Shown: positions 16,321 to 26,267, counted from the first letter of the stretch. The stretch: 64,000 bases of DNA from an uncultured Planctomycetota bacterium (GCA_963752285.1 CAVVXN010000001.1:96001-160000), one strand, 5' to 3'. Numbers and translations: made by a program. Notes: a model not told the origin generated them from the sequence alone.

Positions 16321-19289
16321 CGCGCCGCGCGGCCCGGTCCCTGGCCCTCCTCGTCACCGTGGCCCTCGCAGTGCTGGGCGGGCCCCCGGCGGCGGCCGGC
16401 GAGTCTTCGCGCTCCAACGTGAAGCTCGACCAGGCCGCATTCCGGTTCGTGAAGGCCTTCTCGGACGGCGACGAGGACGCGATGCGCGCCGTGGCCGAGG
16501 ACCGCTCGTACGACGCCCGAAGCCTCGCCGACCGGATGCTCGCGCTCTACGAGTACGCGTGGACTCGGTCCTCGCCGCGGCAGAAGGTCATCATGGACGC
16601 GATCGGCGCCTACGCGGAGCGCGCCCGCTCGCGGCCCGAGGTGCGGGGACTGCCCCAGGTCGTCGCGGCCTGGGCCCTCCTCGCGCCGAAGGACCTGGCG
16701 CGAAACCAGTGGTTGCGCGGGATCGTGGACCAGGTGCACCAGGCGGAGGACCGGACGGAACCGGCGAAGGTCCTCGAGATCCTCGCGACGGCGAAGTCCG
16801 CGCTGGCCGTGCAGCCGCCCACCCTGTCGGTGCTCGTGTTGCGCGAGTCCGAGGCCCGCGCCCTCCGGAGCACGGGTCGCCTGGACGAGGCGGTCGCCGC
16901 CTGCGGGCGGGCGAAGGACGTCGCCGAGGCGCTCCGCTCGCCTCGGGACGAGGCCTACTGCCTCGAGCTGCTCGGCCTGGTCCAGGCCCGCGCCAACCGG
17001 ACCGCCGAGGCGGCGGCGGCGTACGAGGAGGCGCTGGCGATCCGGGAGGACTTCGGGCCCCCGAGGAACGCGACGTGGGTGCGGGTCGAGCTCTGCCGCG
17101 CGTGGTCCGAGCTCGGGAGGCTCGCCGACGCGCTCGCGGTCGGCGAGCGTGCGCTGAGCGACCAACGCGACCTCGGCGACCCGGATCTCCTCGGGCGGAA
17201 CCTCTTCGTGCTCGCGTGTGCGCGGCGCGACCTCTTCGATCCCGCGGGCGCGCGGGACCTCTACGAGCGGGCCGCCGCGGCGTACCGAACCGCCAAGGAC
17301 GACCTGGCCTCGGCGACGGCCCTCTCGGGCTCCGCGTGCATGCGCCTGACGAACCCGGCGCGCGACCTCGACGGCGCGAAGGAGCGATACGAGCAGGTTC
17401 TCGCGACCGCGAAGGCCCACGACGACGCGTACCTCGCGCTCCTGGCCACGTACGGGCTCGGCAGCACGGCGCGGGACCGCGGCGACACTCGGGAGGCCGT
17501 CGAGCTCCACGAGCGCGCCCTCGCCATGGCGACCGATCAGCAGAAGCAGGACATCGCCATGTACGTCCTCGCCGCCCTCGGCTCCGACCACCTGGTGCGC
17601 GGCGAGCCGAAGGCGGCCGTGGACGCGCTCGAGCGCGCCATCCGGATCGCGGACGAGATGCACTTCCCCCAGCGACGGCTCGGGATCACGCACCGTCTCC
17701 TCGCGCGGGCCTACCACGAGAGCGGTCGTCCGCACGACGCCGTGGTGGCCGCCGAGGCCGGGCTCGTGCTGCGGCGGGACCGGGCGCGGGAGCTCGGAGA
17801 GGGCTTCAGCGCCACGGAGCAGGCGGGGGTCCGGGCGACCGCGGACACGGGCATCCTGGCCGCCCTCCGCTGGGTCGCGCGCGAGCCGCGGGCGCGCGCG
17901 GACGCGGCCGCCGCCGCCTTCCTCCTCTCCGAGGCGGCGCGCGCCGAGTTCCTCGCCGACCGGCTGATCGACGCGGGCGACCCGATCGAGACGCGGGAGG
18001 AGCGCGCGGAGCAGGAGTCCGCACGCCGGAGGCTCGACGACGCGAGACGGAGCGTCCTCCTCCTCGCGTTCGGCGAGGCGCGGGACGACGCGGCCCTCGC
18101 GGCCGCGAAGAAGGCGTACGAGGAGGCGGGCGCCCGGCTCCGCGAGCTCCGCGCGCGCGCCGACCTGCGTCGCGACACGGCGCGCGGGGGCGCGGACCCG
18201 GTCTCGCTCGAGGAGGCGCAGCGGGCGCTGCCCGAGGGCACGGCCCTCGTCTTGTACCAGGTCACCTACGAGCGGCTCGTGGCCGTGGTCGTCACGCGCG
18301 GGGGCGCGGACCTGGTGGACCTGGGCGAGCCCGCCCCGGTGATCGAGGCGTCGAAACGATGGCTCGACGCGATCGCGTCTCCGGACGGGGAGGAGGGCGA
18401 CCTGCCCGAGACCCTGTACGACGCGCTCGTCGGACCGCTCGCGTCGCGCCTCACGGACGCGCGAACGCTCCTCGTCGGTCGCGACGGCCCCCTCGAGTAC
18501 CTCCCCTTCGAGGCGCTGGTCCATCGGGAGGACGGGCGCCCGCGACGCGCCGTCGAGCGGTGGACGATCTCGTACGTGCCCTCGGCGACCGTCTACGCGA
18601 CGCTCGAGAGCCGTGCCGACTCCGCGCCCCCGCGGGACTCGCTCGTCGCCCTGGGCGACCCCGTGTATCCCGGCGAGACCGGTCGGCCGGACGCGGAGCG
18701 GAGCGTGGCGCGCACGCGCGGGCTCGCGAGCCTCGATCGGCTGTTCGCGAGCGGCGACGAGGTCCGGGCGGTCGCGGCGCGCTTCGCCCCCGCCCGTCGG
18801 ACGGTCCTCCTTCGCGAGGACGCGACGCGTGCGCGCCTCGCCGACGCCGTCCGGGCCGACGGGAACCGGCTCCGCGTCCTCCACCTCGCGTGCCACGGCT
18901 TCGTGGACGAGCGGATTCCGTACGGCTCCGGCCTCGTCCTCTCCGGGGCCGACGTTTTGAGCGTGGACGACGTGTCCCGGATGCGCCTGTCCGCGGACGT
19001 CGTCGTGCTCTCCGCCTGCGAGAGCGGCCGGGGCCGGGCGCGGGTGGGCGAGGGGATCCTCGGCCTGCCGCGCGCGTTCCTCACCGCGGGGGCGACGCGC
19101 GTGGTCGCGGCGGACCGCGCCATCGCCGACGAGGACGCGCGCGACCTCCTGTCCCGGTTCTACGACGCGTATCTCGACGGCGGTCTCGCCCCCGCGGCCG
19201 CCCTCCGCGCGGCCAAGCTCCAGCGCATCCGCGCGGGCGGCCCCGCGGCGCACCCGTACGCCTGGGCGGGCCTCGTGCTCTGGGAGTGA
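16317..19289 (+). CDS. Secreted TPR + CHAT (caspase-like) protease
   Basis: Signal peptide, TPR-like repeats, LPFEAL, LHLACHG, VVLSACESG, GEGILGL, HPYAWAG. Confidence 0.93.
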   Translation: MTRRAARSLALLVTVALAVLGGPPAAAGESSRSNVKLDQAAFRFVKAFSDGDEDAMRAVAEDRSYDARSLADRMLALYEYAWTRSSPRQKVIMDAIGAYAERARSRPEVRGLPQVVAAWALLAPKDLARNQWLRGIVDQVHQAEDRTEPAKVLEILATAKSALAVQPPTLSVLVLRESEARALRSTGRLDEAVAACGRAKDVAEALRSPRDEAYCLELLGLVQARANRTAEAAAAYEEALAIREDFGPPRNATWVRVELCRAWSELGRLADALAVGERALSDQRDLGDPDLLGRNLFVLACARRDLFDPAGARDLYERAAAAYRTAKDDLASATALSGSACMRLTNPARDLDGAKERYEQVLATAKAHDDAYLALLATYGLGSTARDRGDTREAVELHERALAMATDQQKQDIAMYVLAALGSDHLVRGEPKAAVDALERAIRIADEMHFPQRRLGITHRLLARAYHESGRPHDAVVAAEAGLVLRRDRARELGEGFSATEQAGVRATADTGILAALRWVAREPRARADAAAAAFLLSEAARAEFLADRLIDAGDPIETREERAEQESARRRLDDARRSVLLLAFGEARDDAALAAAKKAYEEAGARLRELRARADLRRDTARGGADPVSLEEAQRALPEGTALVLYQVTYERLVAVVVTRGGADLVDLGEPAPVIEASKRWLDAIASPDGEEGDLPETLYDALVGPLASRLTDARTLLVGRDGPLEYLPFEALVHREDGRPRRAVERWTISYVPSATVYATLESRADSAPPRDSLVALGDPVYPGETGRPDAERSVARTRGLASLDRLFASGDEVRAVAARFAPARRTVLLREDATRARLADAVRADGNRLRVLHLACHGFVDERIPYGSGLVLSGADVLSVDDVSRMRLSADVVVLSACESGRGRARVGEGILGLPRAFLTAGATRVVAADRAIADEDARDLLSRFYDAYLDGGLAPAAALRAAKLQRIRAGGPAAHPYAWAGLVLWE

Positions 19290-19532
19290 GCGCGCCGGCT
19301 GCGCCGCGCGCCGCGGACCGCGCGCGTCCCGACGCCGGCATCGACGACCCGACGACGCTGCGTCCCCCCACCGGAGGCGCCTCGCTTGCGACGCCTCGAT
19401 GCACCGGGGCCTCTGCCCGTCGGGGTGAACGGAAGCGGCATTCGGCGCGATCTCGTTCCTGCTGCGGAAGGGCGTCGATGCGGGCACGCAGGCGTGTCTC
19501 ACCGGTGAGGACCGCCGCCCCGGCCGGGTGGG

Positions 19533-20417
19533 TCAACGGTAGAGGATCGAGAGGAGCACCAGGCGCTCCCCGTGGCGCAGAGGCTCTCGCGCGTGGACCA
19601 CCCCGCACTCCATGGCGACGGCGGAGCCCGGCTCGATCTCGTGCCGGTGGACCGCGCCGCGCGGGCCGTACGTCAGGAGCGCCGAGCCCGAGGAAGACCC
19701 GTTCGGCAGCGCGCGGTCCACGCACACGAGCAGGTTCACGGTGAAGCCCGGGTCGTCGGCGTGGGGCCACGTGTGGTCGCGCGGCTTCGTGTAGTAGAGG
19801 TACTTCGCGACGAGACCCGGCGAGACGTCGCGCCCCACGGCGCGGGCTACGGCGCGGCAGAGTCGGGCATCGACGGCGAGCTCGCACCCTCGCCGTCCGG
19901 GCCGCCGGCCACTCGCGACGCGCCCGACGCGAAGGCCCCGCGAGGCGTCGCGTCGAAGGGCGTGGAGCCGCCGCGCGTCGAGCCCGGGGAGCGCGTCGAG
20001 CGGCACGACGGCGGTGGGGTAGCCGATCCCGAAGAAGTGCACCAGCGCGTTCCAGCCCGCGCGCAGCACGGGATCGGTCGGGACGCGACCGTCCGGGGCG
20101 AGCCCGGTCGGCGCGTACTGGAGCAGGATGCGGAGCGGACGGTCCGCGCCGGCCCCGCGACGCTCGATCGTCCGCGCGAGGCGGCGCGCGAGGCGGAGCG
20201 CCGTCCGGCCCCAGGTGGCCCGCGGTCCCGCCGCGCGTCGCCACGCGGCGGCGTGGGTACGGAGGACGCGGACCCGCGGGTCCCGCCGGCCCGAGACGTG
20301 GCGCAGGTTGATGTCGTCCTCGGGCAGGCGGTACGCGAGCTCGCCCGCGGTCAGGAGCAGGTCGAGGAGCGCCCGGGCGGGCGGGTCGTCGCAGAACGCC
20401 TCCCGGGCGCGGGGCAC
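19533..20417 (-). CDS. Putative 2OG-Fe(II) oxygenase-fold protein (start uncertain; ATG 20485 is one base out of frame)
   Basis: C-terminal YLYY..HTWPHADD..VNLL..GVVHAREPL..GERLVL gives HxD...H...R spacing. Confidence 0.65.
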   Translation of the reverse strand: MPRAREAFCDDPPARALLDLLLTAGELAYRLPEDDINLRHVSGRRDPRVRVLRTHAAAWRRAAGPRATWGRTALRLARRLARTIERRGAGADRPLRILLQYAPTGLAPDGRVPTDPVLRAGWNALVHFFGIGYPTAVVPLDALPGLDARRLHALRRDASRGLRVGRVASGRRPGRRGCELAVDARLCRAVARAVGRDVSPGLVAKYLYYTKPRDHTWPHADDPGFTVNLLVCVDRALPNGSSSGSALLTYGPRGAVHRHEIEPGSAVAMECGVVHAREPLRHGERLVLLSILYR

Positions 20418-20497
20418 CGCGTCGCGGAAGGGCAGGGAGTAGCGGATCGCCGCGGTGGGGCGCGCGAGCCGCCCCCGCGGAGCATCGAAGCCTACGA

Positions 20498-20617
20498 CTA
20501 CTGCTCCTGCCCCAGCGAGGCGCGGCCCCCCTTGACCTTGGCGGCGTCCGCCTTGCGAACGGGCAGGTCCTTGGGGCTCTTCGCGGACGCGTTCTTGCTC
20601 GGCTTCTTCGAGGGCAT
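20498..20617 (-). CDS. 39-aa double-glycine leader precursor peptide (absent from the ORF track)
   Basis: GGAGG RBS, then MPSKKPSKNASAKSPKDLPVRKADAAKVKGG-RASLGQEQ, TAG. Almost all codons end in G/C. Confidence 0.82.
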   Translation of the reverse strand: MPSKKPSKNASAKSPKDLPVRKADAAKVKGGRASLGQEQ

Positions 20618-20701
20618 CACCGATCCTCCGGGTTGGGGTGGCGACTACTATGTCAATCCCCGCGGCGGCGGCAAGGCCCTGGGCGTGGAGGTGAGAGGCG
20701 C

Positions 20702-21679
20702 TTGGCCGAACCCGAGCTCGAACCGCCCGCGGCGCTCACGGCCACGGTCTTCGAGATCGCCGGACGGCCGGTCACGGTGCGAGACGTGGTTCGTGCGGCG
20801 GACGCACGAGGGGCCCTCGACGACGCCAAAGGCCGATTCGTCGCGGGCCTCGAGGCCGAGGCGCGGGCCCGGGAGGCCGGGGAGGCCCCCCCCGACGACG
20901 CCGTCGAGGCGCGCGCGAACGAGATCCGGTACGAGCGCAACCTGATCACCGCCGAGGAGGCGGAGTCGTGGCTTTCGGCCCGGGGTCTCACGTACGACGC
21001 GCTCCTCGATCACTGTCGTCGCGAGCTCCTCCGGGAGGCCGAGGCCGCTGTGGCCGACCGCGCGAGAGGCCTCGTACCGCCCGAACGCGAGGCCGACTTC
21101 CTCGCCTACCTCGTGTTCTCGGGCGAGCTCGATGGCCAGGCGCGGGAGCTGGCGCGACGCCTCGTGGTGAGCGACCCGGACGGGGACCTCTCGCCCGACC
21201 GCCTGCGGTCGGTGGAGGCGTCCTACCGACGACACCTGTCGGCGCTCACGGCGGAGCGGGAACGCGAACGCGTCCTGGCCCTCCTGCGCCTCCCCTTGAC
21301 GCGGGTGGACGTCGAGGTCCTCGACGCGCCTTCGCTCGACGCGGCGCGGGAGGTCGTCCTGTGCCTTCGCCAGGACGGCGCCGACACCGCGGCGCTCGCG
21401 GCGGAGACCGGGTACCCCCACGCGCGGGCTTCGCCGTTCCTGGACGACCTCGAGGACGACGTGCGCGACGCGCTCCTCTCCGCGGCGCCCGGCGACGTGC
21501 TGGAACCGGTCGAGGAGCCCCCGCGCGTGCGCGTCTTCCGCCTGCGCTCGAAACGCGAGCCGACGCTCGAAGACCCCGAGGTGCGCGAGCGCGTGGACCA
21601 GCGGATCGTCGACGCGCACTTCGCCGAGCGGGTCGCGCGGACCGTGAGGTGGCGGCTCTCGGACGAGCGGAACCGATGA
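20702..21679 (+). CDS. SurA/PpiC (parvulin)-like chaperone associated with peptide exporters
   Basis: IRYERNLITAEEAESWLSARGLT; AAREVVLCLRQDG; LLSAAPGDVLEPV..VFRLRSKREPTL. Stop overlaps the PCAT start. TTG start inferred. Confidence 0.65.
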   Translation: MAEPELEPPAALTATVFEIAGRPVTVRDVVRAADARGALDDAKGRFVAGLEAEARAREAGEAPPDDAVEARANEIRYERNLITAEEAESWLSARGLTYDALLDHCRRELLREAEAAVADRARGLVPPEREADFLAYLVFSGELDGQARELARRLVVSDPDGDLSPDRLRSVEASYRRHLSALTAERERERVLALLRLPLTRVDVEVLDAPSLDAAREVVLCLRQDGADTAALAAETGYPHARASPFLDDLEDDVRDALLSAAPGDVLEPVEEPPRVRVFRLRSKREPTLEDPEVRERVDQRIVDAHFAERVARTVRWRLSDERNR

Positions 21680-24600
21680 GCGAGCTCCTCCGAGAGAGCC
21701 CCCTCGAACGCACGGTCTTCCGGTTCCTCGGCGCCGGGGCCCGCGCCGCCCTGCTCGAACGGTTCACCCCGTGCCGCTTCGCGTTCGGCGACGTCGTCGT
21801 ACGCCAGGGCGAGGAGGCCGACGCCTACTACGTGATGACGGAGGGACGTGCGCGGGTCCTCCGCACGACCGAGACGGGCGAGGAGATCTCGCTGCGGGTC
21901 CTCCGGACGGGGGACGAGTTCGGCGAGGCCGCGCTCTCGCCCGGCGGCGCGCGGTCGGCCACGGTTCGGTGCAGCAGCCGCGTCGAGGTCCTCCGCCTCG
22001 AACGGACCGCGTTTCTCGCCCTGGCCCACGAGAACCCCGCGATCCGTCACGCGGTCGAGATCGCGGCCCGGTTCAAGACGCTCCACGGGTTCCTGTACGA
22101 GTTCAGCAACTTCGGCCGCCTGTCGGCGCCGTGCGTCCAGCGGTTGGTGGAGAGCCTCGAGCCCGAGCCGCGCGCGCGCGGCGAGGTCTTCCTCCGCGAG
22201 GGCGACCCGCCCGGCCCGATGTACGTGATCCAGCAAGGCCGCGTCCGGCTCTTCACGACCCGCGGCGGTCGCGAGCACAACCTCGCATTCCGGCGGGAGG
22301 GCGAGTTCTTCGGCGAGATGTCCGCCTTGAGCGGCACGCCGCGGTCCGCGTCCGCCGAGGCGACGACCGACACCGTGCTCCTCGCGCTTCGACCGCAGGC
22401 GGTGAACCGCCTCCGGGAGGAGTTCCCGGATCTCGGCCGCCTGCTCGAAGAACGCATCGCCCAGTACCGGTCCGACGAGGCCGCGCGCGTACCGCTCGAC
22501 TTCGCCACCGAGATGCTGCCGGCGGACGCGTCCGTCGAGAACAAGGTCGGCCTGGACCTCGAGGACGAGACGCCCGCCCCCGGTCCCGACGCCGCGGCGG
22601 TGAAGGTCCCGCGCCTGCGGCGTCGGTTCCGGTCCTTCCCCTACGTCGCGCAGATCGACGAGATGGACTGCGCCGCCGCGGCACTCGCCATGGTCTGCCG
22701 CCACCACGGGCGCAAGGTGGCGCTGCCCCGCATCCGCGAGCTGTGCCAGACCTCCACCGACGGCACGAGCCTCAAGGCGATCTGCCACGCCGCCCGCGAG
22801 CTGGGCCTGGCGGCGCGCGCGGCGAAAGTGTCCGCGCGCGAGATCGACGGCCTGCCGCTGCCGGCGATCGCCCATTGGGAGGGGAACCACTGGGTCGTCG
22901 TGCACGCGGTGGACCGCGGCCACGTCCACGTCGCCGATCCCGCGCAGGGCCTCCGCAAGATCGACCGGCGCGCGTTCCTCGAACGCTGGACCGGCTACGC
23001 CGCCCTCTTCGACTACACGACCGCCTTCGAGCACGCCCCCGAGGGCCGGCCGGCGCTCTCCTGGATCTGGCCCTTCTTCGGACGCCACCGCGCGGTCCTC
23101 GTGAAGGTGCTCCTCCTCGCCGGTGTCGTCAGCGCGCTCCAGCTCGTCCTGCCGCTCCTCACGCAGACGGTGATCGACTCCGTGATCGTCGGCAAGGACG
23201 TGAGCCTCCTCGCGACCATCATGCTCGGCATCGGCGCGGCCCTCGTGTTCATGGTCCTCGCGAGCGTCGTCCAGCAGTACCTGCTCGCCTACGCGGCGGT
23301 GCGCATCGACTCGGCGATCCTCGACTTCCTGACGCGCCGGCTGCTCGCGCTCCCGATGCGGTACTTCCAGACCCGGCGCACCGGCGACATCCAGCGTCGC
23401 CTGGACGGCGCGGAACAGATCCGGGAGCTCGTGGTCCAGCACGGCATCGGCAGCGTCCTCGCGATCGTGCTGCTCCTCGGCTGCCTCGGGCTGATGTTCG
23501 CGTACAGCGCGACCCTCGCGCTCGCCTTCCTCGCGGTTGCGCCGCTGTACGGCGTGCTGGTCTGGCTGTCGGTGCGCTTCTTGAAGCCCATCCTCGCCGA
23601 CCTCGAGGCGAGCCGCGGCCGGTACCGGGCGCACCAGATCGACGCGATCAAGGGCATCGAGGCGGTGAAGGCCGCGTCCGCCGAAGGCGCGTTTCGCGAC
23701 GCGATGCTCTCGCAGTTCCTCTCGGTCACCCGGCAGATGTTCCGCGGAACGTTCTTCTTCATGGGCTACGACAGCGCGATCCAGACGCTCAGCGTGGTCG
23801 CGACGGCCCTCTTCCTCTGGGTCGGCGCCCGCCAGGTCCTCTCGGGCGCGATGTCCGTGGGCGGGTTCGTCGCGTTCAACACCCTCGCGATGATGGCGAA
23901 CGCCTCGATCCTCCGGCTGCTCCAGTCGTGGGAGAAGGCGCTCTCGGCCTCCGTCCTCCTCCACCGGCTCGAGGACGTGGTCGCGCAGGAGCCCGAGCAG
24001 GGCAGCGACCACGCGCGGCTCCGGCCCGTCCCGAGCCTCGAGGGCCGGATCGAGCTCCGGGGCGTCGGCTTCCGCTACGGCGGGCCCGAGTCCCCGCGCA
24101 TCCTCCAGGACGTCACGCTGGACGTGCCCGCCGGGCAGAGCCTCGCGCTCGTGGGACGGAGCGGCTGCGGCAAGACGACCCTCGTGAAGCTCGTGGCCGG
24201 GCTCCTCGAGCCGACGGAGGGCACGATCCTCTTCGATCGCATGGACCTCGCGACGCTCGACCACGCCGCGCTCCGCCGCCACGTCGGCATCGTCCTCCAG
24301 GAGAACCACGTCTTCGACGGGTCGATCCGCGACAACATCGCGTTCGGCGATCCCGACCCGGACCTCGGCCGCGTGCTCTGGGCCGCGCGCATGGCGAACG
24401 CCCACGAGTTCGTGATGCGGCTGCCGCTGGGCTACGAGACACGCGTCGGCGAGTCGGGCCTCGCGCTCTCGGGGGGCCAGAAGCAGCGTGTCGTGATCGC
24501 CCGCGCGCTGTACGCCGATCCCGCGGTCCTGATCTTCGACGAGGCGACCAGCGCGCTCGACTCCGAGTCCGAGCGCGCCATCCAGGAGAGCATGGGCCAG

Positions 24601-24774
24601 CTTCTCGCGGGCCGGACGTCGCTCGTCATCGCCCACCGCCTCTCGACGATCCGCGACGCCGACCGGATCGTCGTCCTCGAGCGGGGGAAGATCGCCGAGG
24701 AGGGCACACACGACGAGCTGATGGCGCTCCGCGGCCTCTACTTCCACCTCTCGAGCCAGCAGGCGACGGGCTGA
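21676..24774 (+). CDS. Peptidase-containing ABC transporter (2x cNMP-binding, C39 peptidase, TMD, NBD)
   Basis: GDEFGE..RSATV and GEFFGE..RSASA; QIDEMDCAAAALAMV and HWVVVHAVD; GRSGCGKTT, LSGGQKQR, DEATS, AHRL. Confidence 0.95.
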   Translation: MSELLRESPLERTVFRFLGAGARAALLERFTPCRFAFGDVVVRQGEEADAYYVMTEGRARVLRTTETGEEISLRVLRTGDEFGEAALSPGGARSATVRCSSRVEVLRLERTAFLALAHENPAIRHAVEIAARFKTLHGFLYEFSNFGRLSAPCVQRLVESLEPEPRARGEVFLREGDPPGPMYVIQQGRVRLFTTRGGREHNLAFRREGEFFGEMSALSGTPRSASAEATTDTVLLALRPQAVNRLREEFPDLGRLLEERIAQYRSDEAARVPLDFATEMLPADASVENKVGLDLEDETPAPGPDAAAVKVPRLRRRFRSFPYVAQIDEMDCAAAALAMVCRHHGRKVALPRIRELCQTSTDGTSLKAICHAARELGLAARAAKVSAREIDGLPLPAIAHWEGNHWVVVHAVDRGHVHVADPAQGLRKIDRRAFLERWTGYAALFDYTTAFEHAPEGRPALSWIWPFFGRHRAVLVKVLLLAGVVSALQLVLPLLTQTVIDSVIVGKDVSLLATIMLGIGAALVFMVLASVVQQYLLAYAAVRIDSAILDFLTRRLLALPMRYFQTRRTGDIQRRLDGAEQIRELVVQHGIGSVLAIVLLLGCLGLMFAYSATLALAFLAVAPLYGVLVWLSVRFLKPILADLEASRGRYRAHQIDAIKGIEAVKAASAEGAFRDAMLSQFLSVTRQMFRGTFFFMGYDSAIQTLSVVATALFLWVGARQVLSGAMSVGGFVAFNTLAMMANASILRLLQSWEKALSASVLLHRLEDVVAQEPEQGSDHARLRPVPSLEGRIELRGVGFRYGGPESPRILQDVTLDVPAGQSLALVGRSGCGKTTLVKLVAGLLEPTEGTILFDRMDLATLDHAALRRHVGIVLQENHVFDGSIRDNIAFGDPDPDLGRVLWAARMANAHEFVMRLPLGYETRVGESGLALSGGQKQRVVIARALYADPAVLIFDEATSALDSESERAIQESMGQLLAGRTSLVIAHRLSTIRDADRIVVLERGKIAEEGTHDELMALRGLYFHLSSQQATG

Positions 24775-24885
24775 CGCTCTCCGCCGGCCGTGCCGGCAGC
24801 GACATCGCGTGGGCCCGGGCCTCTCCGGGGTTGCTCCGCGGGCGTCGCCCCGATGGAATGGCCGACCCAGGCTGGAGAGGTCCCC

Positions 24886-25329
24886 ATGGAACCCACGATC
24901 GAGACGCTCACAAAACGACCCCTGCTCGGCATCCGCGCGCACGTGAAGGTCACGCAGATCGGCGAGCGGATCGGCGAGCTGATGCCGCGTCTCATGGCCG
25001 TCGCCGGTCCCCACGTGGCGGGTCCTCCCGTCGCGCGCTGGCACACGTGGGAGAACGACGAGGGCGAGATGGAGCTCGCGGTGCCCGTCCGGACGCCGGT
25101 CGAGGGCCGGGGCGAGGTCCAGGCCTCCACGCTGCCCGGCGGGCGCGCCGCGGTGTTCACACACGTCGGTTCCTACGAGGGCCTGAAGGACGCGTGGGGT
25201 GGCGTCTCCAAGTGGCTCCAGTCGAGCGCCTACCAGGGCCGGGACGCGCCCTGGGAGGAGTACGTGGACGACGGCCGGAGCACCCCGGTCGAGAGGCTCC
25301 GCACGCGGATCGTCTGGCCGATCGTCTGA
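24886..25329 (+). CDS. GyrI-like small-molecule-binding protein
   Basis: GPPVARW..MELAVPV..LPGGRAAVFTHVGSYEGL..PWEEYV..LRTRIVWP. Confidence 0.88.
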   Translation: MEPTIETLTKRPLLGIRAHVKVTQIGERIGELMPRLMAVAGPHVAGPPVARWHTWENDEGEMELAVPVRTPVEGRGEVQASTLPGGRAAVFTHVGSYEGLKDAWGGVSKWLQSSAYQGRDAPWEEYVDDGRSTPVERLRTRIVWPIV

Positions 25330-25415
25330 CGCGCCCGCACGGCGCCGCGCGGGGACGGGCGCCGAGGACCGGGACCGGTTGTCCGGCCTCCGGTCGCCTG
25401 CCATCCTCTCGGCGC

Positions 25416-26063
25416 ATGAAGAAGCTCCTCCAGGGCATCCTCGACTTCCGCCGCCGCCGCCCGGCGGGCTACGCGAAGGCGCTCGCCGAGCTCGCGCTCG
25501 GGCAGACGCCCGACGCGCTCCTGATCTGCTGCTCGGACAGTCGCGTCGCGCCGAACGTCTTCGCGTCCGTCGAGCCCGGTGACCTCCTCGTGGTCCGCAA
25601 CGTCGGGAACCTGGTGCCGCCGCACGACGAGGGCGGGACGTCCGAGACGTCCGTGGCCGCCGCGATCGAGCTGGCCGTCGGCGCCCTGCACGTGGAGGAC
25701 GTGATCGTCTGCGGACACTCGGGATGCGCGGCGATGCGCGCGGTCCACGAGGGCGACCGGGCCTCGGTCGCGCCGCCGCTCGCCGCCTGGCTGAAGCACG
25801 GCGAGCCCGCCCTCCGTGGCCTGGGCCGTCCCCCCCGGGGCCTGACGCACGAGAACCACCTGTCGCAGCAAAACACCCTGCTCCAGCTCGAGAACCTCCG
25901 CACGTACCCGGCCGTGCGCGAGGCCGAGACGATCGGGACGCTCCGTCTGCACGCCTGGTGGTTCGACATCGCGCGAGCCGAGGTACAGCATCACGACGAG
26001 GAGCAGGACGGCTTCGTCCCCCTCGACGACGCCTCGGTGGCCCGACTCCTGATGCGCCTCTGA
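25416..26063 (+). CDS. Beta-class carbonic anhydrase
   Basis: CSDSRV, RNVGN, GHSGCAAM zinc-ligand motifs. Confidence 0.95.
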   Translation: MKKLLQGILDFRRRRPAGYAKALAELALGQTPDALLICCSDSRVAPNVFASVEPGDLLVVRNVGNLVPPHDEGGTSETSVAAAIELAVGALHVEDVIVCGHSGCAAMRAVHEGDRASVAPPLAAWLKHGEPALRGLGRPPRGLTHENHLSQQNTLLQLENLRTYPAVREAETIGTLRLHAWWFDIARAEVQHHDEEQDGFVPLDDASVARLLMRL

Positions 26064-26267
26064 CCGTCCTGGCCGTCCGGCGGAAGGACGACGATCCTCC
26101 CGGCACCGTCCGCGAACGGGCTCGGCCAGGCCTCCCGCGAGCCCACCCGGGGCGAAGGTCGCCCGGCGAACGCGGCGTCCCGCCCCGCCGACCGGGCGGC
26201 GCCGTCGCACCGGTCGCGGCCGACTCGGACGCGTGCTCGAGCTCCGTACGCGTACACTCGCGCGCCC

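Noticed and set aside
20651..20656. TTGACA (minus strand) as the -35 of the precursor promoter
   Set aside because: No acceptable -10 at 16-18 bp spacing, so it is not called as a promoter.
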